DNA from: Lama glama
Lineage: Eukaryota
DNA length: 64,000 nucleotides
Assembly: GCA_028534125.1 (NCBI GenBank)
Contig: CM052839.1
Location: 23,188,001 to 23,252,000 of the forward strand
Direction: 5' to 3'
The stretch's first letter is position 1. Every line of letters starts with the position of its first letter. The notes under the pieces are model-generated. The model was given only the letters and a program-made list of their open reading frames with translations. It did no database searches and had not been told where the DNA came from. Shown here piece by piece: positions 34,607 to 48,256 of the stretch. The position numbers were made by a program, and so were the translations under genes.

Positions 34607-37427
34607 TTCCATGCCATTGACTCGTAATCATTTTTGGACTAGACACACTCTTGAGGATTTGATAATAAGCTTTGAAATTGAATATATGCATATATACAAC
34701 ATTTTGCATTGAATTTCATGAGCATCAGTGACCCCTAGAATTCTATCCATTAGTCCCCTAGGGATCCAGCGACGACAGATTAAAAATTCAGTTGCCCAAG
34801 GCTGGTGAGACTAGAGCTGGGAAAGTGATGGAGAATGTGATCCAAGGTGGCTAGGAAACAGATAGGGGTAACAGTCATGGCTCTTAAAAATCAAAGCTTA
34901 AAGAAAGAGAGAGAGAGAATGCTTTACCCTGAAGCATCTCTGACATATAGTTGGCCACTCAGTGTCCTGTATCTCCAGCCCCAGGAAACTCACTACCCCA
35001 CATCATATAGTGCTCCTTCAGGAATGCACAGTGTGTAAGGAAGCCCATCTTCACACCCAACTGAGCTCTCGTAACCGGAGCCCACCGGTCCCCTGGGATG
35101 TGGCGGCCGTGGTCCAGTGTGCATAAACTCATTTTCTCAGCTGATGAGGAGAGACAAGGAGGAACCAGAAGGCAGGGGAGAGGCTGCCCATCCTGATCTT
35201 CCCGAGCAGAGACACAGCGGTGGAGCGGGGAGGGAAGAGGGGCAGGGGAGAGGAGCCAGGACCATTACAATCCATCAAAACCAGGCTTGCTTTCTTCAAA
35301 ACAAGGGACGGGGGAAGGAGGGAGGTGAGAAACGCGTGTGTCTGGGAGCTAATGAAGTCGTGAGCAGTAGAAGGCGTTAGGCCTCTGGGAAGCAAATTGT
35401 GGGCCAAATGAGCTCATTTTTTAGCAGAATTATTAAATTAGCAGATGAAGGAAATACATTAGACGTATGAATCTCGCTTTAGCAGAGCCCTGGATGGAGG
35501 GTCGTGCAGATGCTTGCTAAATTCCTTCCATCCAGGGTTGGAGGGAAGATGGCAGCACCGGGTCCCCACTGGGTGGGATGGGCGGGGTGATGTTTAATGA
35601 ATGTCGGGGCCAGGCACTGCCTTGGGGGCTTTAGGTCAACTACCCCATTCAGTGCCCATGACACTCAGTGAGGAAGGGTGACTGTCTTCATTTCGAAAGG
35701 GAAGGCGGGCTCAGAGGCGTGAAGTGGCTCACCTCAGCTCACAGTCAGGGGCCGAGCTCATGGCTAAATCCGGGTCTGCCTGAGTCCAAATCCAGGGCTC
35801 TTGCCCCGAGGGTGGGAGAGACCGCCTTGCCATGAGCTCTGGGGGTGACTTTGAAATGGAGCAAAGGAACATGAGAAACCAGTCAGGCTGAGAGACGTAG
35901 GACCAGAGCTGGAGTCAGGAAGAGATCCTGAGTCAGGATGGTGGGGAGGCTGGCCCCCAGTCACCGGGCTGATTCCAACTGCTGCTCGCAGGAAGGTGTG
36001 ATGAATGGACAGGGGTTCAGAAAAGGGCAAAGACGTGGAACCTGTGTCACGTAGGGAACAGCTGAGTGAACAACCAGGGCTCTGTCACTTGCTCAGAATG
36101 TTCAGAGGCCTGTCCTGGAGGATGCTGGTGACTGCTGTGGCCTCGCAGGTTGGGCTGGGTCAACGATGTCTCACAAAGAGGCAAGGGGAGCCTTTTAAGG
36201 ATGGGAGGTGTCCAGCCTTGTAGGGGACGAGCCCCTCCATCACTGGAGACATTCCAGAAGCCGACATAACTTGGGAGGGGAGTCTAACTCTGGGTAAGAT
36301 AAGAGATTGGCTAAAGCCCCTCCCAACGCTACAGTTCTCTGTCTTCAAACTCAAGTGTGAGGAAGAACATTCCAACAGTGAGACTCTCTAGGGATAAGTG
36401 CAAAACTTTGGCCGTGGAGTGGGAGAGTCTGTGTTTGTCTTTGCGATCCACTAGTGATCAACCATGTGCTTGAACGCGGCAGAGAGGCACTCAATGAACC
36501 CTGGAGACACCCTTTAGTCTGAGGGTGTTTTCTAGACAGCAGGGTGACTGACAGGCCTTCCCCAATCCTTCCATCATGGGGGGGGTGGCCTTCACTTTCA
36601 GAGTGAGAGTCAACTCTTCAAAACTAGGACAGAAGAGCCCAGGCAAGGAGCAGGGGACTGAGAAGGGACAATGCCCCAAGCCATTGGCCTACAAACCTTG
36701 CCTGGGGTCCTAGTATCTGCCAGCGTCCCAGACAGGCAGAAGTGAACCGTGGGAAGCCCCAGTGCAGTGGACAAGACAAGACATGGTTACCAATCTCTCT
36801 CATGTAAGTCGGAGGAAGCCGAGGGTCCCCACCAGTCCGCGTCTATCCGGGGCATCTCGGAAGGTGTTATGAATCACTGGTCTTTGTCACACTGGAAAGG
36901 ATTTGGCTGGAGGGAGCTGGAGAAGAGACAGTGCAGGGACGGTGAGGGGTGAGGGATTCAGGGATGGGGAGGTGGGGGCGAGAGCTAGGAAGGCAGAAGG
37001 GGCCAGATTTCATAGGGCTTTGAATGCCAGTCTGAGTTCTTAGTGCTGGAGGCAGCGAGGTACAGCTGAAGCTCTCTGCGTAGGGGAGGATCAGGATGTG
37101 TGTCTGTGTGTGTGTCTGCCTTGTGGAGGCTGGACAGAGTGGAAGGGACTGGAGGTCTGGAGGCAGGGAAAGGGTTGTGGCAGAATCCAGGAATACTGGC
37201 AGCCCCAGGTGGGTTGCTAAGAGGAGCTGGTTAAGAGCAAAAGGTTCTGTGCACGTGTGCACGTGTGAGTACACTTCCAAGAGAATGGTTATTTCTTTGC
37301 ACACATTTGGGTCCGAAAATGTTTATGTGTGTCTGTTTGCCAGTGTGCCTCGTGGTGTGTGATTTTTGTCTTGCTGTGGAGGGGTGTGCATGTTAGCCCC
37401 AGGAAACCTGAGATTTTACTTCTAGGG

Positions 37428-37431
<4 letters not shown>

Positions 37432-37467
<36 letters not shown>
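37432..37467. repeat. (GT)n microsatellite
   Basis: About 18 GT units. Confidence 0.95.
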
Positions 37468-37468
<1 letters not shown>

Positions 37469-38240
37469 TACACGTGCTCACCTGTACGTCATGCCCAGGC
37501 TCCAAATGGAAGCGGTACCAATAAATCCTGCTTTCTGGCTGCGGGAACAAGACAGACAGACAAATCTTGCTACAGCCCCGAGACCAGGCTCCACCCACTT
37601 TCATTCAGTCTCTGGGTCTCCTGCCACCATCCCTTCTGACAGCATGGACTTACCACAGAGGGCACCATGGGACGGGCTGCGTTCGTCTTATTGGGGCCTC
37701 CGCACAGCCACACTGGGCCTGTTCCCATCTCACGCTCCCGCCCGTGGGCCCTTAGATGACACAGTGACTGCCTTGACCCAGCAGGGTCAACTGGAGGGCC
37801 AGTCCTTTCTCACTGTTTCCTTAGCAGAGGGGTAGGGGGAGCTGTGCGGGAAGCCCCTATTCCGGTCTGCTGAACTGAAGAGGACCCTCCCCTCCCCCAC
37901 CCCACGCAAGGCTGGCCCTGCGCCCTGGCAGCCAGGCTCCCCCGAATGTTCTCACCGGGGTCAAAGTCACATTGGTCCTGCCACGCCTGGGACCTGAGCC
38001 AAGAGGTATGCCCCCACCTTCTCTGCAGGCAGCCTGGCGTGGGGTAGAGGCCCCAGTCCTGGTCCTGCTCTTGACCCACCAAGTTGACCTGGGGTTGGAC
38101 CTTCTTTTAGCCTCAATTTTTCCCTATGTAGAATGCAACCAGGCCGTCTTGTCCAAATCCCAATCGCAGTGTTGTTGGGGTTAACACAGCGGGATGGTAC
38201 CCACTATGAGGAAATGTGGAGTCCCGTGGCGAGCCCTTTA

Positions 38241-38435
38241 TCCAGACGTGCGCTGGTAAGTCTAGCAAACGGCTTCCTGCAAGATGAAAGCCCTGATTTG
38301 CAGGATTTGCCAATTTCTCTGGTGTAAAAACTACTACCATGGCAGATTTCAATCCACTAACATGGGACCACTGGACGTGGAGTTAGAGATGCGTAAGATC
38401 GGCTCTTGTGAGCTGGTAGAAGCCGGTTCCTGCCT
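38241..38435. mobile_element. MER63-like hAT-Blackjack element
   Basis: gccctgatttgcaggatttgccaatttctctggtgtaaaaactactaccatggcagatttcaa...atcggctcttgtgagctggt. Confidence 0.75.
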
Positions 38436-40174
38436 TTATCCTAAACAGCCAATGACAGCCCAGCCAGAGGGAGAATCTAAATCAAGGTGAGGCAGAAAGA
38501 GAGAGGTCCAGCTAAAGTGCAGAGCACTGGGTTTGAGTGAGAGGTGAGGCTATAAAGTGAAGGAAAAAAAAAAAGAATCAGGAAGTTAGGCATTAGGAAG
38601 ATGAGAAACAGGTTGAGAAGTGTGATGCGCAGGGAGGGGCTGGGGCCATTGGTTCAGGATGGCAACTGCATCATGCTAAGTGATGCATGGCCGGTGCAAC
38701 GCAGCCGGAATAGAATATAGCGTCCTGTCGATCCCAGCCTGGGAGAGCGAGGAGGGTGTACGTGATGAAGAGGGAGCTGAAGAAATAGACAGGTGTTTCC
38801 TGAGCACCAGGGATGACGTCTGAGCCGGGGAAGGGCAAATCCAATTCTGTAATTGTTGGCACATCAATTTTGGTGACGGTCCCACAAGGGTGATGCCAAG
38901 GGCCCGGGGAGGAGGAATGCCCTAGCTGACATCACCTGCTATTTCTGGGCCAATTCACAGCTTCCTACAGTGGGAACTTCCTTCAGGACATAAATCACCA
39001 CGGTCGTCTCATGGCTGCCTCATTTTCTTGAGAAAATGGAGGGAATCCACGTATATGGGCGTCCGCTGGGAGAAAAGAGTGTGACCCTGAAGTCATGCAG
39101 GCCTGGGTTCGAATCTCCCCTCTGCCCCTTGTTTGCTGAAGGGCTTTGGGTGAGTCATTTCTCTTCGCTGACACTCTGTTCCCTCAAATGGGCTATTAAT
39201 ACCTGCAAGAGCTAGACGTGTGATTAAGTGGGATGGTAAGTGTGAGGGGCGGGCCAGGGCCTGCTCATTGCAATGTCAAGTCTCTCTCATCCCCACCCAC
39301 CTCCCCCTGCCTTTTTTTCCCCTCTCTTAGAGAATATGCTTCCAATGGTCAGCCGGTGGAAGCTTCCAGAAACTCCCTTTTCTAGCCCCTTCCTTGGCTT
39401 TGCGATAAGTGATTTACAGGGTGGGGGTGGGGGGCTGCCTCTGGAAGGGTGCAGAGGGTGGAGGAGGGGACTGGGGTTGTTGGTCTGGGTGGGGAACCGG
39501 GCCCTGCTGGGATGTGAAGGAAGCAAGCTGTCTCCCCACAGGGTTCAGACTCTCCTTAGCAACTTCTGGGTCAAGCAGGGCTCAGAGGCCAGGAGAGCAG
39601 CAGCTCAGGGGCATGATGCCTGCTCCCCAAGCAGAGGTACCTGCCCTTCCGTTACCTGTCCACGTGTCTACTCGATGCCCTCCCTGTTCTATGCCTGGCT
39701 CTTCGTCTTTCTGTCCCCACTGTCTGTCCATCAGGCCTGGGGGAATGACTGTTAGATGAGTTCCTGCCTGCCACACGCATTTCTGCAGGAGCCTGCAGGA
39801 CTTCCTGTCCATCTGTCAGTCTGCCTGCGATCTGCCTTCCCCTCGCTCTGATTGCAGCTGACTCTCTAGCACCTAGGCTCCATTTTATGATTCTGAGTGA
39901 CAGAGAGGTGATAAATGGGAGTGAGAGTGACAGACGGGAGCACACATTTGGGGGATGGAACATGTACGCCCACAGGGGATTGACAGTAGGGTTGTCCTCT
40001 TTGAGACAGGGTCACTCAAGGTCTCCCTAACCCCAGAGAGGTGCCCAGAGCACCATTTATCCCACCTCGAAGCACCGTCTGTCTTCCTCCATGACGGCAG
40101 ACGGAGGTGTTCCCTGCAGAGGCTCCAGAGGGAGGAGGAGGAGAAACAGTCCCCATGGCAACCAATGGCCAACG

Positions 40175-40380
40175 CAGTTCAGCTCAGGAAGAACCTTTGT
40201 AACAGTGGAGCTGTCCAGCAAACAGAATGGGCTGTTAGTAAAGTAGTGATCTCCCTGTCACTGAAGTTGTTCAATTATGGGCTGGCCACCCACCTATCAG
40301 GGCTGCCATGGTGGGGATTCCTGAGGAGGGAGTGGGGTGAATCAGGCTGGGGTGATGGAGATGGGCTGACCTTTAAGATT
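40175..40380 (+). mobile_element. CR1/L3 3' fragment
   Basis: aggaagaacctttgtaacagtggagctgtcc...aatgggctg...gtagtgatctccctgtcactgaagttgttcaa. Confidence 0.7.
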
Positions 40381-40668
40381 ATGACTTCAATCACTAATCC
40401 AAGTAGATAAAGCCCTTCACACAGTGTCTGGCCCATAGTAGGTGCTCCAACCAGAACTGTATTATGAGGGAGGTTGGACTAAGTGACCTCCAGGCCCAAC
40501 CCCACAGCCTTCGAGCTGGAGAAAGATGAAAGGCCAATTAGTGGCAACAGGTTATGAATAAACAGGAGCTGGGATCTTGGGATGATAAAGGGCTTCCCAG
40601 AATAGGAATGTCTCCATCTCCCTCACCCTGATTTGCATGGCTCCCGCGGGCCTCCCTCCCCTCTTCTA

Positions 40669-40698
40669 ACTCAATTTCAATTTCAATTTCAATGTCAA
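40669..40698. repeat. (TTTCAA)n short tandem repeat
   Basis: ctcaatttcaatttcaatttcaatgtcaat. Confidence 0.8.
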
Positions 40699-43224
40699 TA
40701 ACTTTCCTGGCACGACAAGCAGCCCATGGTTGCCAAAGTGAATTGGAACATTGAGTTTCAGAGTCTCCGTCCAGCTTGTCCAGCCAGTGCCCCTCCTCAG
40801 CCTTCCAGGCCCTTCCTTTGCACGTCTCATCCTCTGTGCCCTTTGAGGAGACCTCTTTTTACCCTCCCCAGCTGTCCGTGAGGTTGTTTGAAAAAAGAGA
40901 CGCTCCCTTGTTTGATCAAGATGTTCCCAGAGCAACAGCACATGGACGGCAGCTCTCCACGCAAAGTGCCTGGATGTGACGGGGAAGAAGGCTTAGCCCT
41001 TCTCTCTTGAGATTCCAGCCAAGCTGGGGAGACAGATGAGGGCCAGCAACTCCAGTAATGTGGCAACTGCTTTGGTGGAGGGGGACGAGGGTTCTGGGAG
41101 CACAACGGAGGGGCCTCTGAGCCGGGGCAGGGGGCAGAGAGAGGTGGAGGGGTGGGGCAGCTCCCTGCAAGAGTCGGAGTGGGGGGGACTTCTGAAGGAC
41201 ACTTGGAGGGCAGGCCACCGAGTCCCTTCTCCCATGGGTCAGTGATGGCTGGAATGTCATCTTTCTAACAACCCCTTTTACATGAACCATAACAGCTACT
41301 GGCCCTGCAGTGTTGGCAGTGGTGACATCCTCTGGAAGGGGAGGGTGTGACATGGAGGACTGAGAAGTGGATAAAAGGGACTCAAGTGGATAATGCATGA
41401 AGGATAAAGTCCTAGAGGGTGGGCATGAGGGTACATGGGTGGCCCGTCAGTAAGCATGGATTTGGACTTGATGCCATCATAGGGGAGAGGGCAGGGATGG
41501 GGTGGAGTGAGGCTACTGGGAGGCCAGCAGGGGCAGGGGCACCACCTGAAATGCTTGGGCTCAGAGACAGACCCAGAGGGCTCCTGGCTGAGGTAGGAGC
41601 AGCCCTGGAGTGTGACGATGAATAGGTGATGGGGCAGGTGATGCTGGCTTTGCCAACTTGACATGCCTGCCCAGCCCTAACCCAGGGTCATCTGTTGCCA
41701 CTACTATGGGGAGTCACAGGTCAGGAGTCAGACAGACAGGGGCTGGGCCAGCTTTGCCAGGAAGCCCCCAGAGCAGGACTCAAACCACCCTCCTTCTCGC
41801 CTCTCCCCAACCAGAATGCAGACAATGTTAATGGAAGCAGACAGCTCCCCTCCACACACCACTACTACGAAGAGGGGCCGCTAGGGCAGAATTTCCCTGC
41901 AACAGTGAGAAGCCTCAGGTGCTGACTCTAGCTGTCTTCCCAGAGCCTTTAGCCAGGCAGAGAAGAGCCCCAGGGATAGACAGCCCCGGGCAAGACTTAC
42001 ACAGGTGCAGAGGTCCTAGGGGGTCTGCTTGGGAGTGAGGTAGGTTCCATGGAGTCATGGTGAACCAGTAGAAGCAAACTCCTCTCTGGCAGTGCCCCAA
42101 TCCTGCTGATTCCCGGGGACTCCTCAGCTGCTGGGTCCTGAACATTTACAGAGTCTCCTTGGGCAGTAGCCCCATCCATCCCGTTCACCCCTCCTGGTCC
42201 TCCTCTCTGCACATCTTCAGGGTCTGGTGAGGCTGGGGGTTGGGAGGAGGAGAGCCATGGTGGAATGAGGTCACTGAGGACGCCGCTCCAATTCTGCGGC
42301 TCGGGACCTTTGGGCAAATTCCTTCCATTTTCAGAGTCTCATTCAACTCTTCAGTAGGATGAGAGGAATGGACCGGATCCGGGCTTTACAAAGAGGGTTC
42401 CTTTGAAGACTACTCTTGTAAGATGCCTCGGGGAAAAGAAGTTGGGAGAACAGACTTTCTATCTTCTGATGTACATTACAGGCTCTGAAAATCTCCACAG
42501 CACAGAATCCTATTCAACTTTGTCTGACCAGGTGTTTCCCAAACAGGTCTTGTTTTCTCAAACTGCCCATTTTTATCCCAAAGAAGAAATGGACCTTGCA
42601 ACATAATTTGGAAAATAGTGGACTCAAATGTTCTTCCTGCAAGATTCCCTCTAGTTTTGAAAGTCTCCATGTTTGTTTCTCTAAAGAAAAAGGGAGGGGT
42701 GGGGAAGAGAGAGGAAATGACATTTTAAAGCCCTTCCCATGTGCCCAGCTCTGCATCATCTCAATCTGACCACCCTACCACGCCCCGATCCACCGAAGCT
42801 ACGTGTCAGTGTGGGTATGAGCCCCCCACCGGCAGATGAGTGCAGCGAGGTCTGGGCCGGCTCCAGGCCTGCTGTGTGCAGGAAGCTGGGGAAAATCCTG
42901 CTTGAAGGTGTGACTTGGAGGTCAAGGCTCCCTTCCCAGCAGTCTCAGACTCTCTCCAGCCTCTACGAGCCCCACTCAGGGTCACTTCCTGCCCTCCTGT
43001 TTTCTGGGGAGAGGTCTTTGCAGAAGGCTACAGGCTGAGAACAAGGGAAACCAACCACCTACATGAAACTGACAAAGCTAACTCCCAAGAGTTCAGTCCA
43101 CACAGGGCTGGCCCCGAGCAACAGCATAAAACTGCCAGTGTGGGTCTGTGTGGTACAGAGAAAAGAAACTGAACTTTGGAGCTAACCAGACCAGGGCTCA
43201 AGTCCTGCCACGAGGAACCTCTCT

Positions 43225-43890
43225 TTACTAACACTACTTAACTGACGTCTAGATTAACTACCTTCATTCCCTTTGCCAAACCTGCCAGCGACAGCCGGCG
43301 GCACCGAGGACGCTTGGCTATCAGACAACTCCTTTCTTGTTTGTCGAGTTACGGTTGTTCCCAAACCTGTTTATGTCAGTTGCGCCTGTCCCTGTAAGCA
43401 GATAATTGAATCAAGTGTAACCTAAACCAATTAAAGGAGTTATGTTTTTTCGGTAATTAATTTAATGCATTGGGAAGGCTGCTAAAAAATTGCTGTTGAA
43501 TTAGGTGTGGCCAAGACTCTACAAGATCTGAAGATGAATAAACCCCATTCACGGAGGTCTGTGTCCCTTGACTAGTCTTACAGGGAACCAAAACCAGAAG
43601 TCTCTTAGGTGACACTCATGTGGTCTCCACCATGTGTGATCCCAGAAAGCCAGTTCACCTATCTGAACTTCATTTCTCTTGACTTTAAAGTAAGTTAAGT
43701 AACTCCCACCTTGACGAGTTCTTATGAGGAACGAATGGAGCCACGTGCAGTCCCGTTCCTGTTTTTTGTTTGCTTCTCTGTGATTCCTCCCTCCTCCTCC
43801 TCCCTGACTGCCTTCCTCCATCCGGTGTTTCCAGGGCTTGAGCCACAAGTTTACAGTTTAGCTAATCTGATCATGATTCGGGATTAAGGC
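43225..43890 (+). mobile_element. Tigger15-like TcMar-Tigger relic
   Basis: ttgttcccaaacctgtttatgtcagttg and aaaattgctgttgaattaggtgtggcc (KIAVELGVA, remnant of a pogo/Tigger N-terminal HTH). The 3' boundary is uncertain. Confidence 0.65.
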
Positions 43891-46800
43891 ATGGACCTTC
43901 GCTAAAAGTGATGTTGTGAATGGGGAAAAGCCTTTCCAAGAAATGGACTAAGATGTGATTTCGGGCAGAGTGACAGAGCAGCAGGGCGGCAGTCTGAGCC
44001 AGAGCATCTCCGTGGGTTTCCTCCAGTCACACTTCGTGTGATCCAGGTGAGGATGTGCTTGTTCGTCCTGATGTGTGACTGGGCCATCTTTATAACCTCG
44101 CCATGACATGCCAGCATCTCTCACCTGTCTACCTGGGGGTCCACTTGGCCTCAGAAGACTCTAGAGTAGTCTTATCCCAAGCCAGGGGCACCCAAAGGAG
44201 ATGAAGGCTGGTCAGAGGAGTTGGGGCCCTGCTCAGCTCAGACCTGGTGCTCCCTCTGCCTCCTGCACCCTCTGCCTCCAGCCTATCTCCTCGGAGTTAG
44301 GGAGAGGTGTGGCTCTCCCACACCTGCACCATGGACGGACTCCTGTCGGTCTTCCCAGGGATGGAAAGTCTGCCCATGGCTGGTCCAGCTGCTTGCTGCC
44401 TGCCCAGGGCTCTCCTAGCACCTGTCACTTGACATCTCATGCCCCCAGATCCTGGCCCACAGAACCTCAGAGAGCCTCCAAAGGGATCAGAGCGTGCATT
44501 CATTCCGGTTCTGAGGACCACACCCTACCTCTGTGGTCGCCACGGCTGCTTTCCCTGTGCTCAGTCCACTGGCCTCGAGGCTCCACCAACCGGTTCATCC
44601 CCCAACTCAGCCAGTTTGGCCCCAGCTGGAGCCCCCAGGCCGAGGGGGCTGCATTAGCACCTCTTCTGCTGCCAGGAAGCCAGCCCCACATGTGCCCCTA
44701 GAAGCCTGGAGCCCAGCACAGGCACACACTGAAGCTCTCTGTGGGTGGGGACGGGGCAGGGGTGGGGTGGAGGGAGCAAATGAGGGGCCAGGCAGACAGC
44801 AAACCCTCTTCTCTTTTGTGCTGGCTTCTGCACCGTGGGTGGAGTCGGGCAGGCCTGGGGTCGTCACTGTCACGTGTGAAATCTTGAGGTGCCTCCTAGC
44901 CCACCCCCCGTTGCCTCATCTGTTTGTTGAGAGTAATGACAATAAGATAATTTCTGTAAAGACATTTTTCCCCCCATATGTGACCAGTTTTCTTTTCATC
45001 AAAGAAGCAAAGGAAACATTGGGAAAAGCAGGAGCTCTGCTATGGCCAACTGGCCTAAGAATGGGGGGCTTCAGCGTCGCTGGATCACAGAGGTGAACAT
45101 CAGATCGTGCCTCCTGATTGGGCAGGGGACTCCCTGCCGGTCCCGAGCAACGAAGGGTAAAATCGGCCTCCTTGGCTTCTGTTGATCTTGACAGATATTT
45201 CAGAGTTGGAGCAGAGAACCCACTTTCCATTTGGCAAAACTGATGCCTAGAGAGCAAAATACTGGCTCAAGGCCACACAGCAGGCCAGGGTGGTGGTGGG
45301 ACAGGCAATCAGAATCCTGACTCCACGGTAGTGGGCTGGGCTTTGTGCGTGTTGCAGCCAGCCTGCCGGCCCCTCTGCATCCTGATGCTGGGCACAGGAC
45401 ACGCGGTGGTGAGGCCACCTGGGCTCCGTGGGGCAGCCTGGCTGTGGTTCACTCATTCATTCATCCAGGTCTGACGTTCAACCTGGATGCACCAGCATCC
45501 CCTTAAAATGCTGAAATTCTTCCATCTCAGCTGCTAAGTAGTAACTCCCGCAACTTTGGGAGCATCACAGCCACCAAGGACCCTCCTTCAGGAGCTCCTG
45601 AATCTTCCCGTCATCCACAAACTAAAACGTTAATGCCTCACCTGTGGGGACTGCAGGACCCCCTATTCCAGTGCTGGTTCTTAAATATTTTGCCTATTGC
45701 CCCTGGTTACAGATGCCAGCAGACACCTTGATTGAAACAGTTGGGTGAAAAAAAAGAAGTATGCACCTGTGAAATGCCAGTGTTCATTCATTTATTCATT
45801 CATTCAGCAAATGTGCATTGAGCACCTAGTATCTCCCGAGAAAAGGGCCGAGAATGGGGATGTGGCAGTGTGTGATGTAAGGTCCCCGCTCACAGAACGG
45901 GCAGGGGGAGGGGGATATAGAGCTGTAAATAGAGTGACTGTGACCGAGAGAAAGAGGAGGATGGCAGGGAGAGAATGAGGTGCCTGACACCTTGGCTTGG
46001 AGCAACAGCGAAGGAGGCTGCGGAGCCCACGGGGAGGGGCCTCGGGGTCCGGCTTGGAGCTGTCAAGGTTCTTCAGCTCTGTCCAATTATCCACTAATGA
46101 CTCACAATGAATAGATTAGGAGGGGGACTGAGGACAAGGACGCTTGATTATCAAGCAGAGGAGTGAGGAAACACTGAGCATCCCCGTGACAGGTCTCAGG
46201 AAGGCAGGCGGAAGGAGGAGGGGGGAGGGGCGGAGTGGGGACAGGAGGAGGTCCAGCTCACCCTCTCCTGGAGGCTCCATGACCACTTCTGGGGCTCCCC
46301 AGGGGCTAATCAGGCCACCGAGTCTGGGTCTCGGGAGGACCAGGAGTGGAGCTCAGGGTCTAGGGAGGGGAGAAGGGTTCAGGTCAGAGGGGACGAAGGT
46401 GGAGGGGACGGGTGTTTGGGGATGCGCAGTGATACTGAGCTTACTCCTTCCAGGCTGGAGGTCTCTGTCCATCACTTCCTCTTGCCTCTGTCAGGACGGG
46501 TCCCCCCGGAGTAGGGACGTGGTCAGGTCTGTGGATTCTGTCTGCTGGAAACAGGGGCTCCAGTCCCGCCTGAGGTTCCCCTTGTCCTAGCCTGGGAAGG
46601 ACACTGGCCCTGTTGCCCCCTCTACCTCCCCCTGCTCCGCCATATCTGGGTCCCCACCTTACTCTAGTCTCCTGGGGAGAGAGGGCTTCCACGCAGCTTC
46701 TTTCAGAACGGCCGCAGCCAGCATCTCTGCTCCAGTCGCCGAGGTTCACTCTCTAGGTGGTGTGTTCTCAGCGCTCTCTCAGCTGATACTGGGAGGGACG

Positions 46801-47249
46801 GGAGAGTAGGAGTTTGTCATTTTCTGGGTTGAGTTTGATTCCTGCCAGGGCTGTGCTGTCTGCAAGAGATGAGCCTTTATATATTCCTAACTCCTGTCCT
46901 GGGGAACAAACAGAAGGTGGGTCCACTGTGGGCAGGTGCTTTGTAGACACCACTTCATTTCTTCTCACAGCCATCCCATAAGCGGGTGTTTCAAGTTTCA
47001 ACACAGGCTCTTCTCTCTGCAACACCATCTTCCCTCCCACCTCCTCCCTTCTCTCTTGGCCTGAGTACTTCCTAATAATCGTTCAGAACTCCATGTATCA
47101 TCATTTCTGGGAAGCGCTCCAAGAGTTCTGAACACCAGGTAGGTGCCCATCCCCCTCTGGAGTGTCTGTTGCCTCATGTTTCCCACTAGCCTCTGAACTC
47201 CACGAGGCAGGGGTGCTCCCTGCTCAGAGTGGTGGCCCTAGCTTCCAGC

Positions 47250-47414
47250 CTCCTGCTACTCAAAATGTGGTCCGTGGATCAACAGTGTCAACATCACCCA
47301 AGACCTTGTTAGAAATATACCATCTCAGGCCCCTTCCCAGACCTACTGAATCAGTATTTGCATTTAAACAAGACCCAGGTAATTCCGGTGCACATTAAAC
47401 TTTGAAAAGTTCTG
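47250..47414. mobile_element. MER5A-like MITE
   Basis: gctactcaaaatgtggtcc...ttgttagaaat...cccagacctactgaatcag...gcacattaaactttgaaaag. Confidence 0.85.
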
Positions 47415-47632
47415 ATCTAGCCAGGGTTTGGCCCAGAGTAGATGCCCATTCACTATTTTTTGAGTAAATGAAGGCATGCATGGGGTCACAGTGTTTGATG
47501 TGACAGCCTCAGGCTTCTACCTGCAACTACCTGGCAGACCCTGGAATGGCTGGGAGTGAGGAGGGGTGGGGTGAGGGGGTCAGCTAGGGACACACATTCC
47601 ATATGCCCAGCTTACGCACTTTTAAAGACATT

Positions 47633-47799
47633 GGGGTGGGGGGAGGGTGTAGCTCAAGTGGTAGAGCGCATGCTTAGTCTGCAAAGGGTCCTGGCTTCAA
47701 TCCCCAGTACCTCCTCTAAAAATAAATAAATAAGTAAACCTAATTACCTGTCCCCCAAAATAAAAAAAAAATTTTTAATTAAAAAAAAATAGAAAAAAA
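47633..47799 (+). mobile_element. Full-length Vic-1-type SINE with TSD
   Basis: ggagggtgtagctcaagtggtagagcgcatgcttag...ttcaatccccagtacctcc...aaacctaattacc plus A tail. TSD taaagacatt at 47623-47632 and 47800-47809. Confidence 0.92.
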
Positions 47800-47887
47800 T
47801 AAAGACATTATTGTGTTGAAACTTTATAACAGTTGGATCATTATCTCTCATTCACAGACGTGGAAACTGAGGTGTAAAGTGACTTGT

Positions 47888-48256
47888 TGCTGTGGGCCAA
47901 ATGTTTGTGTCTCTGCTAATTCATATGTTGAAACCCTAACCCCCAAAGTGATGATATTGGGGGATGGGGCCATTAGGAGGTAGTTAGGTTGTGAGGGTGG
48001 AGCTCACACGAATGGATTAAGTGCCTTTGTGAGAAGAGACACCAGAGCAAGCTTCCCTGCTCTCTGCTCTTGGCCACAGGAGGATGCAAGGAGCCTGCCG
48101 TCTACCAACCAGGAAGAGAGCCCTCAGCAGACGCTGGATCCTCTGGCACCCTGATCTTGGACTTCCCAGCCTCCAGAACTGTAAGAAATGAATGCTTGTT
48201 GTTTAAGCCACTTGGTCTATGGGATCTGGTTCGAGCAGCCTGGGCTGGCTAGGACA
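47888..48256 (+). mobile_element. MLT1A-like solo LTR inserted into a MIR
   Basis: TG...CA ends, 5-bp TSD cttgt (47883-47887 and 48257-48261), gatcttggacttcccagcctccagaactgtaagaaat. The MIR resumes in register on either side. Confidence 0.9.

Noticed and set aside
47633-47715. tRNA-Ala-like gene
   Set aside because: It has a SINE tail, poly(A) and TSD, and a mutated anticodon arm and B box. It is a SINE, not a tRNA gene.
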